From positions 2,382 through 66,381 of the forward strand of contig CAZXEW010000033.1 in the NCBI GenBank assembly GCA_964640215.1: a DNA stretch of 64,000 nt. Direction: 5' to 3'. The notes beneath the pieces are model-generated. The model saw only the letters and a program-made list of their open reading frames with translations, was not told the origin of the DNA and made no database searches. Numbering within the stretch: the stretch's first letter is position 1; each line of letters opens with the position of its first letter. Source of the stretch: an uncultured Gammaproteobacteria bacterium. Its GTDB lineage: Bacteria > Patescibacteriota > Microgenomatia > Daviesbacterales > UBA10151. A program made the position numbers and the translations under genes. Below are positions 37,229-46,085 of the stretch, piece by piece.

Positions 37229-38691
37229 CTAAGATAAGGGAGATATGGGATATTGGGGGGATTAAGGGAGGGGTTATTGGGGTGATAGCCGTCGGTGTGA
37301 CCCTGAGAGTGGCCTTTCTAGAACAACATCAGCTTTGGTTTGACGAGGCTTTTTCATATTTTGTAGCTAAACAAGATATTGGGAAATTGGTTAGTGCATC
37401 TTTGGCAGATAACCATCCGCCGCTTTATTTTTTGGTGCTGCATTACTTCATGATGGTGACAGGTCAAGGGGAGATTGGCTTACGGTTACTGTCTTTGGCT
37501 ATTGGAGTGAGTATAATTTGTGTTCTCTATTGGGGAATTAGGTTGTTGGGTAAGGAGGTTAGTGGATTAAGGGAGGTTGGGGTCGTTTGGGGAATGTTAA
37601 TCAGCTTGTCTCCTCTGCTGGTCTATTACTCGGCAGAGGTAAGGATGTATGGGTTACTTGTTTTGCTTAGCTTTATGAGTGTGATTTTGTGGGTGAAGTT
37701 TTTAAAAGAAGGGCGGTTAGGTTGGTTGGGGGGATTTGGGGTGGTTTTTATAGCCAGTTTGTGGACACATTATTACAGCGCACTGCTCTACCCGGCTTTA
37801 GCTTTAAGTTTAGGGCTTTATCCTGCTCGAATAAAGCTCGGCTTGATCGGCTTGCTTGTGAGTGTTCTTGGAATAGTGCCGTTGGTTAATAGCTATCTGA
37901 GTCAACCACACCCAGGGTATATCGCAGCCTCGGATTGGTTGGGGTTGCCGGCGACTCTAGCCTCGTTTGCGATTGGCGGGACCGGAGTTGTGACTTTGAG
38001 AGAGTATTTTGGGAATGACACCGTGTGGTGGGTGAAGCTATTGTTTGGTGGAGTGGCGATGGGGATGAGTTTGATTTTTCTGAGGGGGGTTAGGGAGATT
38101 TGGCGGGTTAGGGAGGTTGAAGGGAGATTGTGGCTAGTAATGTTTTTTACTCCCCTGCTTGTGGTTGTGGTTGGAAATTTATTTTGGCCAATTTTATCAG
38201 TCCGGGCTTTGATTATTTTGGCACCGTACTACTATCTTATTGCCGCTTTTGGTTTGACATCACTTCAGTCAAAACGTTTAATATCAGGGCTGATGATCTT
38301 CGGATTGATTGGGGTTAATTTTATAGTATTATCAAATCCTCTTTTTAAAGGACCAAAAATTAAAGAAGTGATTAATTTGGTCGATACCAATTTGCCGACC
38401 CTTCACACCAGCATTTTGACCTATTATCCGTTCCGATATTATCAAAACGATCATCTGAATCTGCTAGTCACAACTAGCCCTCTAAGCCCCAAAACAGTCG
38501 AAATTATCGGCGGGAAAACTGTAAAAGAAATACCAATAAGGTTCAGTTTGGTGCAAATTCAAAATGGTGCGGATACCGCAGAGGAAGGTTTAGTTATAAA
38601 TAAATTACAAAGTAGTTACAAATTATCATGGCAAGAAGATTTATTTCCCATAAAGGTAAGTTATTATTTAAAATCAGCTCAGTCTAATTAG
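37225..38691 (+). CDS. PMT_2/ArnT-like GT-C membrane glycosyltransferase
   Basis: First extracytoplasmic loop contains WFDEAFSYFVA (GT-C DE motif); polytopic; 4-nt overlap with the upstream gene. Contains three in-frame copies of the G-rich dispersed repeat. Confidence 0.6.
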   Translation: MTKIREIWDIGGIKGGVIGVIAVGVTLRVAFLEQHQLWFDEAFSYFVAKQDIGKLVSASLADNHPPLYFLVLHYFMMVTGQGEIGLRLLSLAIGVSIICVLYWGIRLLGKEVSGLREVGVVWGMLISLSPLLVYYSAEVRMYGLLVLLSFMSVILWVKFLKEGRLGWLGGFGVVFIASLWTHYYSALLYPALALSLGLYPARIKLGLIGLLVSVLGIVPLVNSYLSQPHPGYIAASDWLGLPATLASFAIGGTGVVTLREYFGNDTVWWVKLLFGGVAMGMSLIFLRGVREIWRVREVEGRLWLVMFFTPLLVVVVGNLFWPILSVRALIILAPYYYLIAAFGLTSLQSKRLISGLMIFGLIGVNFIVLSNPLFKGPKIKEVINLVDTNLPTLHTSILTYYPFRYYQNDHLNLLVTTSPLSPKTVEIIGGKTVKEIPIRFSLVQIQNGADTAEEGLVINKLQSSYKLSWQEDLFPIKVSYYLKSAQSN

Positions 38692-38787
38692 ATCCTTCGC
38701 TGGACGCTCAGGATGACTTTTTTTTGTCAGCTCACGATGATAATAAAGATTCTGGATGTGGCGGGCTTACCAGAATGACTATATAGA

Positions 38788-41712
38788 TCATTGTTCGTCT
38801 TCTTTACCCCACCAACCACTTAAACGAAGACGCAACCTTTTCCAGGCAAATCGACGAAAACGTCCCAACAGATTGGAACCGAGCAGAATTTCGTCAAGAC
38901 AAAACAGCACAATCACAACCGCCACCCAAAACAAAAACCAAGAAATACTTGATCCTTGATAGTTTATATAAGCGGTAAAGTTACTTTGATATGCCTGGGG
39001 TACTGGGATGTAGATAAAGCCAGGATATGTTGGACCAGCCTTGAAGATTTTGGCGTTGGTATTTTTACCACCACTAGTTAACTTGGCCGTCCAACCCGGA
39101 TAATCTTGTTCCTTGAAAAGGACACCTTTGGCTTGACTAGCGCTGACCATCCGCTTCTGCGGCGAAATAAATTTTACATCTGAGCTTACTGGAGCGATTG
39201 GACTATTGATGGCGGGAATTAAATAATTAAGTAAATTCCTAAAGAGCGCCACTTCCATTAAATTATGATTCCGAGAGATATGGTAAGGCAGATTTATACC
39301 ACTCCAAATTACTTCCCCCTCCCCTATTTTGTGCGTGATCAGAATTGGATTGTCTTTTTGAGTCAAGATAATATTGGAGTTTGGCCGGATATCACCATGG
39401 CTTTGGGGAAAAGATAGGTTCCAATCAGCCTGATCAAAAATTGGCGGATCAAATTTTGAGAAATCGATATCTTTAGTTATCTCGGAGGGGGCAGCTTGGA
39501 GATCCCAGGTATTACCGAGGGATTTGCGGAAAGTTTTATTGACCGGAAAAAGCTCAGGTAACGCCTCGAAGCTATTTGATTCTCGAACCTCTGTGCCAGT
39601 TTCGATAAATATTTTACGGCCTTTTTTGGCGTAATCATTTAACAATCTGAAAACCCGATCGCGGTTTTTGTATTGATAGTCGTATACGATTAGACCATCC
39701 ATGTAAGTCAAATCACTGCCATTTAGCTCGTCTAGATTTTGGCCTAAGTGAAGCGGGATTAGTTTTTTGGATGAAATGTTGACGTCGGCTAGATCGCGCA
39801 TTATCGTTTCATAACCTTGCGCCGAAGCGACGATGCCAAGAGTTAAGGCGTTGGTGGCTGATAAAATTGGCGAGGTATACTCATCTTTAAGGGCGAAATA
39901 ATGAAGCCGTTTATCACCATTGGTGTACTTTTCAGCATTAAAATCCAGTTCAGTCTGGTTGGCTATAAATGTCTCAGTCGTTAAGTTCTTCGGTACTGGT
40001 GAATAAGCAGTTGGTCCAGCATGAATCTCGAAGTATTTAATAGCGTTCCAGTCGATTAAAAATAGAGTGTTGTTAAAGGCTGCTTCGCCGGGATATTTAA
40101 AGTTGCTTTCGAGTTGATCTAGGCCAGTCTTGGGATCTTGGTTTAAGGCCGCATCGGTCCAAAAGAGATACCCTCTTTGGGCTTCATTAAGTGGGGGATC
40201 AAAATAGCCACGGGCTAGGGGCATTTTATAGAGGCTATTCCACCAGATGTTGACTGTCTGATCAGCGTCGTAAAGCCGGAAGTTAGTTTGGTTGGGATCG
40301 AGCCAATCTGGAACCATCCTTGTTCTAAGCTTCTCTAGATCGTTGCCATCACCGTAGAGATTGATAATATCCGGATAAGCCGACGAGGGATTACTTCGAG
40401 GAACAATCCGTTCTTTAACCCCTGTCGAAAAATAAGTCAGTACAATGTATGTACCTGTAACCAAGATAACTACGTTGATAAAAAAAACTGTAGCGTGGAA
40501 ATATTTACTAAATTTGACTAGTCTTTGCTGTGCATGGAAATGAGGACTACCCCACAATGCGGCGATAAACATCCCCAACCAGATTGGGGTGGTCCAGAAT
40601 AAGCGGTACCAACCACCATGATAGATCGAAATACCGTAAGCGAAAATCCAGACGTAAATTACAAAATACACCAACAAGATCACAAAAGGTAAAATCTGTT
40701 TGATCATATGAAATCGTCTAAATAAAACCAATCCAATTAAGAAGACGGTTATAGCGATTCCTAAAAAGTAAAAGATGACCGGATTGGTATCGATAAAGAT
40801 CCGGTAGGGTTGAGCATGATGAAAAGCCGCTACATCTCTTGCCGCCTGAGTCGGTACCCTCGCTGTTGAACTGGCTACCTCGGCCGAGTTAGTAACAAAT
40901 AAAACCTTAAGGACATTTCCAAAAGATGAATAAAAGAGGGGTAAACCGATTAAAAAAGAGATCGTTAGATAGATAATCAAAGATTTAATGCGGTTTAACA
41001 ATTTGAGGTCGGCAAACCAAAAAAGAAATAGGATACCGGCAACAGGATAAATATAGGCGATGACCACCTGGGGATGTCCCCAAATCGCCAAACCCGTTAA
41101 AAGAGCGGCGGTCAATAGATGTTTAGTGCGATTGGTATTTAAAAACAGAACGATAAATAAGGCTACCCAAGGTAAAAATGCTTGGTTAGCATGAGAGGGC
41201 AAACTACCACCCCACATCATCGTCCCGTAAACTCCAACTGAGTAAATTCCAGCAACAGCTAAAACAAAAGAGACTGCAAAGCTATGAGAGAGTTTGTAGA
41301 ACAAAAAGTAAGCTCCGACAAAAAAGAGCCCTAAACTTGCTAACATCCATAATTTGACAGCAGCGATCAACGGGAAAAAATAGGTAAAAGGTAGGATCAA
41401 ATAATAATGCAGAACAGGGTAGTTTGATTGGAAAGGCCAACCGGCAAACCAAGCATACCCCCACCCACCAGGCGGCAAAACCAGATTGCTTTTTAACATA
41501 TTAGTTAAAGATGCAGTATAGAAAAAATCAACCCCCCATAACGGTTTACCATCAAAATACCAGCTAGCCATTGGATAAAAAACAAAAATAATTCCAGCCG
41601 CTGCCACTGTATGCAAAACTACATTAAAAATAACCGTTACAATCTTCAAGTTAAACTTTCCTCTTCTTTTTCCCACCAGGAGAAAACTTTTTTCTTGAGT
41701 ATGTTTAACCAT
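38788..41712 (-). CDS. YfhO-like large polytopic membrane protein, paralog 2
   Basis: 974 aa; same architecture; VNIWWNSLYKMPLARGY, VIWSGINLPYH, C-terminal TM plus WWGKEDEQ. Confidence 0.5.
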   Translation of the reverse strand: MVKHTQEKSFLLVGKRRGKFNLKIVTVIFNVVLHTVAAAGIIFVFYPMASWYFDGKPLWGVDFFYTASLTNMLKSNLVLPPGGWGYAWFAGWPFQSNYPVLHYYLILPFTYFFPLIAAVKLWMLASLGLFFVGAYFLFYKLSHSFAVSFVLAVAGIYSVGVYGTMMWGGSLPSHANQAFLPWVALFIVLFLNTNRTKHLLTAALLTGLAIWGHPQVVIAYIYPVAGILFLFWFADLKLLNRIKSLIIYLTISFLIGLPLFYSSFGNVLKVLFVTNSAEVASSTARVPTQAARDVAAFHHAQPYRIFIDTNPVIFYFLGIAITVFLIGLVLFRRFHMIKQILPFVILLVYFVIYVWIFAYGISIYHGGWYRLFWTTPIWLGMFIAALWGSPHFHAQQRLVKFSKYFHATVFFINVVILVTGTYIVLTYFSTGVKERIVPRSNPSSAYPDIINLYGDGNDLEKLRTRMVPDWLDPNQTNFRLYDADQTVNIWWNSLYKMPLARGYFDPPLNEAQRGYLFWTDAALNQDPKTGLDQLESNFKYPGEAAFNNTLFLIDWNAIKYFEIHAGPTAYSPVPKNLTTETFIANQTELDFNAEKYTNGDKRLHYFALKDEYTSPILSATNALTLGIVASAQGYETIMRDLADVNISSKKLIPLHLGQNLDELNGSDLTYMDGLIVYDYQYKNRDRVFRLLNDYAKKGRKIFIETGTEVRESNSFEALPELFPVNKTFRKSLGNTWDLQAAPSEITKDIDFSKFDPPIFDQADWNLSFPQSHGDIRPNSNIILTQKDNPILITHKIGEGEVIWSGINLPYHISRNHNLMEVALFRNLLNYLIPAINSPIAPVSSDVKFISPQKRMVSASQAKGVLFKEQDYPGWTAKLTSGGKNTNAKIFKAGPTYPGFIYIPVPQAYQSNFTAYINYQGSSISWFLFWVAVVIVLFCLDEILLGSNLLGRFRRFAWKRLRLRLSGWWGKEDEQ

Positions 41713-44597
41713 TTATATAAGCGCTTATTGATCCAACGTCCATCAAACAAGATTTTTTCGAGCAATATTAAAATGACGACAACACTGACAAAACTTTGAG
41801 CCCAAGCTTTGAAAGTACCATGATAGTTCAACACCAAATGAGGTTGATCATTACCTTCTGGCATTGGGATATACATAAAGCCTGGATAGGTCGGGCCGGT
41901 TTTATAAATTTTTAAGTTTTGGTTACCCTGAGTTGGGTTAACAGTCCAACCATCATAACCTTGTTCTTTGACAAGAACGCCTTTAACTGGGGCTGTTGAA
42001 TCAATTGAGATCTTCTCCGGACGGCTCCATTTAACATCAAGCGGTGTCACAGGGGTCTTTTTAAGATCGACCAGCTCTTGAAAGATGTTTGTGAGAAGTT
42101 TCGCTTCACTGGCGGTGGTGTATTGGACAAAATGATACGGTAAGTTTATCCCCGACCAAATTAGTTGACCTTTGCCATAATTTCGGCGGATCAACAACGG
42201 ATGGTTATCACTTTTTAACAACACTTTCGAACCCTCCTGGAGCTCGTCGGATTTTGGATATGACAACTTCCAGGCATTATCATTAAAAATCGGTGGACCA
42301 AATTCCTCTACTTTCACTCCACTAAAAAGCGGATCATCATTGGCAATTTCAAATTGCCACTTTTTGGAAAGTTCCTCTCTAACGTTTTGTTTAAATGGGA
42401 AATATTTAGGCAAGTTGTTAGAACTAGAATCTTTAGTCTCTCCTCCGGTATCAACAAAAACTTTACCCCCTTTTTTGATATAATCATCGAGCAAATTGTA
42501 AGCTTTGGTTTGGTTGTGGTAATCGTAGTTGTGCAAGATAATGGCCGGAAATTGTTTGAGCTCTTCAGCGCTAAAGTCGTCAATAAATCTACCTCCCATA
42601 ATCGGAATAACATATTGAGAGTTGAGGTTGGAAGCGGCCAGAATTCGCCAGATTTGCTCATAGCTAGGATCATCGGAGATGACCAAAAGAGTTGGAGCGT
42701 TTGAGCCGTATACAACCGGGCTGGTTTGATCTTCTTTGACACGGTAATAGACCAACGATTGAGGCAGATCGAATCTGGCCTCAGGATGACCGGATTTAGT
42801 GCCGTAGCGATGAATCGCTCCATAGGTTGTGACTTCTTGTTTATCGACCATGACATCACCTTTGAGCAAATAGGAGGATGGTGCTGCGTTAGCGTTGGGA
42901 GCGAGATGGCCACCTTCAAAAAAGTAAATACCGTTCCAATCAATAAAATAGAGGGCATAATTTTTGGCCATCTCTTCACTAAATTTAAAGCCGCTCACTA
43001 AAGTGTCATTTCCAATGGCGATATCGAGTAAAAAAGCACCACCGCGACGATCAGTTCCAAGTGGTGGATCGATATAACCTCTGGCCATCGGCATGTCGTA
43101 GAGATAATTCCACCAGATATTGACTGTGGCGTCGGATGCATAAATTCGCTTGTTTTTGTCATTGGGATTCAAATAATTGGGGACCAACTGTTGTTTTAAT
43201 TGCTCCTGATCTTGTTGGGTAAACTTCATACTCAGTACTTCCGGAAAAGCTGATGATGTATCGCTAAGTGATAAGATATTTGCTAGAACTTTTGTAATAT
43301 CTTTGGTAAAGGTCATGTAGGCGATCAAACAGAAACTCCCGGTGATCGTCAAAGAAATGGCTGAGAAAGTAATAGTTTTAAACCATTTATCTCTGACTTG
43401 GTAGAGTAACCCAAAAAGTGGGCTCCAAAGGGCGGCTACCAGACTGGCAAAAACGATCGGGAACGCCCAAAAAGCTCGGTATACTCCTTGAGGAAAAAAG
43501 CTATGGCCGGTCATATTGTAGTAAATGTGCCAAAAAACATAGGCGGTTATAGCAGCAAAAGGGACCACTTGCCAAAATGACCATTTTTTCTGCTTGAAAA
43601 TTAAGCTTATGACAAACGCGACTACAAACAATCCTGCTCCGATAACAGTTAGGCTAAAAAGTGAGCTGTGAGTGTGGGTTTGGATTAAACCGATTTGGTT
43701 TTTGTAAAAGGCGGCAATGGCAACAGCAGTGGCACCAGAATCAGTTGGAGCACTTTGAGAAGCTGCCCCGATATTAGTGGTGACACTGATTATGGACTTG
43801 ATGCCTGGAATAAAATTGAAGATATAGTATTGAACAACGTCTCCTGTAAGAATAAAGGCTGCACCGATAAATCCGATCAAAAATCTGAAGGTGTTAGCGA
43901 TACGGTTTAATATTTTCCATGATCGATCTTTGTTGGGATATAAAAATAATAAAATTAAAGCACTAGGAAGGAAAAATCCAATAACCGGCAAAGGATGGCC
44001 CAAAAAGGCTAACCCAGAAAATAATGCACTGGCCCAAAGCCATTTTGATGAGTTGGATTGAAAAAAATTGACAATAAAAAAGAGGACAACCGGAAACAGA
44101 AATAGATTAGCAGCATAAGGGAGGCTACCTCCCCAGGTAATCACACCATAAATGTTAGGTGATAACATTACTAACAGGCTAAGTAAGAGTGCTAATCCAG
44201 AATTTTTGGAGATTTTGTAGTAGAGAAAATAACAGCTAATAAAAAGAAGTAGCAAAGTAAATAGGGCGTAGGCTTGAACGCCTTGAATAACACCAAACAG
44301 ATTAGCAAATGGCATCATGGCATAGAAATGGAAACGGGGAAAATCCCCCATCAGCGGATAACCCGTAAACCAAACATCTTTATAGCCGTTGAACCAAAAG
44401 GAAAAATGTTGCTGGAGAAGATGAACCGAAGTAGCACTGTAATATAAATCGATCCCTAGAGCCGGGATACTAGTTAGATACCAAATTGAAAAAGGTAGGC
44501 TAAAAAAGATGATGGCAGCGACCGCCAAGGGGTGAAAGATGATCCCGGAATGGAAAAAGGCAATGATCCGGACAAGAGATTTTTTCAAGGTGGGCAT
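41646..44597 (-). CDS. YfhO-like large polytopic membrane protein, paralog 3
   Basis: 983 aa; VNIWWNYLYDMPMARGY, LIWSGINLPYH, C-terminal TM plus WWEKEEESLT; its 3' end overlaps the 5' end of paralog 2 by 67 nt. Confidence 0.5.
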   Translation of the reverse strand: MPTLKKSLVRIIAFFHSGIIFHPLAVAAIIFFSLPFSIWYLTSIPALGIDLYYSATSVHLLQQHFSFWFNGYKDVWFTGYPLMGDFPRFHFYAMMPFANLFGVIQGVQAYALFTLLLLFISCYFLYYKISKNSGLALLLSLLVMLSPNIYGVITWGGSLPYAANLFLFPVVLFFIVNFFQSNSSKWLWASALFSGLAFLGHPLPVIGFFLPSALILLFLYPNKDRSWKILNRIANTFRFLIGFIGAAFILTGDVVQYYIFNFIPGIKSIISVTTNIGAASQSAPTDSGATAVAIAAFYKNQIGLIQTHTHSSLFSLTVIGAGLFVVAFVISLIFKQKKWSFWQVVPFAAITAYVFWHIYYNMTGHSFFPQGVYRAFWAFPIVFASLVAALWSPLFGLLYQVRDKWFKTITFSAISLTITGSFCLIAYMTFTKDITKVLANILSLSDTSSAFPEVLSMKFTQQDQEQLKQQLVPNYLNPNDKNKRIYASDATVNIWWNYLYDMPMARGYIDPPLGTDRRGGAFLLDIAIGNDTLVSGFKFSEEMAKNYALYFIDWNGIYFFEGGHLAPNANAAPSSYLLKGDVMVDKQEVTTYGAIHRYGTKSGHPEARFDLPQSLVYYRVKEDQTSPVVYGSNAPTLLVISDDPSYEQIWRILAASNLNSQYVIPIMGGRFIDDFSAEELKQFPAIILHNYDYHNQTKAYNLLDDYIKKGGKVFVDTGGETKDSSSNNLPKYFPFKQNVREELSKKWQFEIANDDPLFSGVKVEEFGPPIFNDNAWKLSYPKSDELQEGSKVLLKSDNHPLLIRRNYGKGQLIWSGINLPYHFVQYTTASEAKLLTNIFQELVDLKKTPVTPLDVKWSRPEKISIDSTAPVKGVLVKEQGYDGWTVNPTQGNQNLKIYKTGPTYPGFMYIPMPEGNDQPHLVLNYHGTFKAWAQSFVSVVVILILLEKILFDGRWINKRLYKWLNILKKKVFSWWEKEEESLT

Positions 44598-44630
44598 TTG
44601 TTTTTTATGGTATCAGCTTAAGTGTAGCGA

Positions 44631-45323
44631 TTACAATCTTTTTTTAGAGCCTGATCCAGTTTTGACCGCCTCCATAATCAAGATCGCACCAAACAGATCA
44701 GGCAGGAATCTAGCTAAAAAATTGTAGTGTTTGGAGGGAGTAACAGCGATTTTATTGACTATCTTAAAGCCATGACTCGTAAGTAGTCTTACTAATATTT
44801 GACTATTAAAAAAACGGATATGCTTCCATTGCCACGGTTCGGAAAAAATACCCTCAGTGATCGGCAAATGGCCGGTTTTGAAATAATGCCAGCGGTAGAG
44901 AATGAAACTAATATTGGGAGTAGTAATAATTAGTTGTCCCCCCTTTTTCAAAACTCTTTTTATTTGCTTTAAAACCAACTCTGGCATCAACAGATGCTCA
45001 ATATTGTCTCCCCAGAAAACGATATCAAAGTGAGAAGATGGCAGTGGTAATTTGTCCTCAACATTGCCGACTCGCGAGTTTTGAATACCCTTGGATTTGA
45101 GCTGTTTGACCCCTTCTTTGGAAAGCTCGATGGCGGTGACTTGGTAACCATTTTTTTTCAACAATAGAGCGATGGCGCCATTTCCGGCGGCTAGATCCAA
45201 AACTTGGAGATTTTGAGTGGTTGGAGGGAAAAAACTCTTTAGCGCGCAGTAGCGGATATCACTGGAGGACGATTGGTTTTTTCGACTTGACCAGTCCTCT
45301 TGATAGAATTTACTAATATCCAT
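44631..45323 (-). CDS. class I SAM-dependent methyltransferase
   Basis: VLDLAAGNGAIALLL; FDIVFWGDNIEHL; LKKGGQLIITTPN. Confidence 0.75.
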   Translation of the reverse strand: MDISKFYQEDWSSRKNQSSSSDIRYCALKSFFPPTTQNLQVLDLAAGNGAIALLLKKNGYQVTAIELSKEGVKQLKSKGIQNSRVGNVEDKLPLPSSHFDIVFWGDNIEHLLMPELVLKQIKRVLKKGGQLIITTPNISFILYRWHYFKTGHLPITEGIFSEPWQWKHIRFFNSQILVRLLTSHGFKIVNKIAVTPSKHYNFLARFLPDLFGAILIMEAVKTGSGSKKRL

Positions 45324-45341
45324 GATTATCGTTGATGTCAG

Positions 45342-46085
45342 TTATTTTTTTTCGAGTTCGATAGTAACAAACATAGCTAGATATTTATTAAAAGGTGTCA
45401 AAAAAAATTCAGTCAACGTTATTAGCTTATAAAATATAGCAGGCGTTGACCAATCATATGATAATCCTCCAGATAAGATATATTTGATTGGTGTATGTGG
45501 GGAAACTCTGTTAATAATCATACGGGGAAACCTATTTTGAAATAATTCTCGATCACGAATAAACACGATCCAGGGTAAGGCCAGATTAGCATTGGTTAAC
45601 CGGCCTTTTCCTTTAATTGCCCACCCCGCCTTTTCATCAAAAGTTTCTTGGTGAAAGTTTTTAAAGATGAACCCAGATAAAGTACTGTTATAAGGCTCGA
45701 TCATGACTATTTTGCCTCTTTTTTTTAAACACCGTTGCATCTCAACTAATCCTTTCTCTGGATTTTTAATATGATGGAAGACGCTAAATAATACGAACGC
45801 CCCAACGCTATTATTTTTGAATGGGAGGTTCTCAACAGAGAAAACCTGATCAATGTTTGGGCCAGCTATCACATCAGAGGTAAGGGTTTTGGGAATTACC
45901 TTCTTAATAAAGCCAGCTCCAGAATCGAGCTCAATAATAGGTTTATTAGAGCCTAATATAGTTTTAATTTGCTGGTAAGCATCTTGGTAAAACTGATACA
46001 AAAACTTCTTGTGTCTAATTAAATGTTTGTGTAAATGTATGATCTCTGGTTTATTTGAACTTTTATGCATTGGTGTTAGTTGCAA
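45342..46085 (-). CDS. class I SAM-dependent methyltransferase
   Basis: ELDSGAGFIKKV; VGAFVLFSVFHHI; LKKRGKIVMIEP. Confidence 0.65.
   Translation of the reverse strand: MQLTPMHKSSNKPEIIHLHKHLIRHKKFLYQFYQDAYQQIKTILGSNKPIIELDSGAGFIKKVIPKTLTSDVIAGPNIDQVFSVENLPFKNNSVGAFVLFSVFHHIKNPEKGLVEMQRCLKKRGKIVMIEPYNSTLSGFIFKNFHQETFDEKAGWAIKGKGRLTNANLALPWIVFIRDRELFQNRFPRMIINRVSPHTPIKYILSGGLSYDWSTPAIFYKLITLTEFFLTPFNKYLAMFVTIELEKK

Noticed and set aside
42314-42979. 221-aa ORF on the minus strand plus several 60-116 aa ORFs (42354..42704, 42726..43001, 43695..43910)
   Set aside because: They lie in alternative frames inside the 983-aa YfhO-like gene (41646..44597). The long gene has coherent TM/domain architecture and paralogs; the others are low-complexity frame artefacts.
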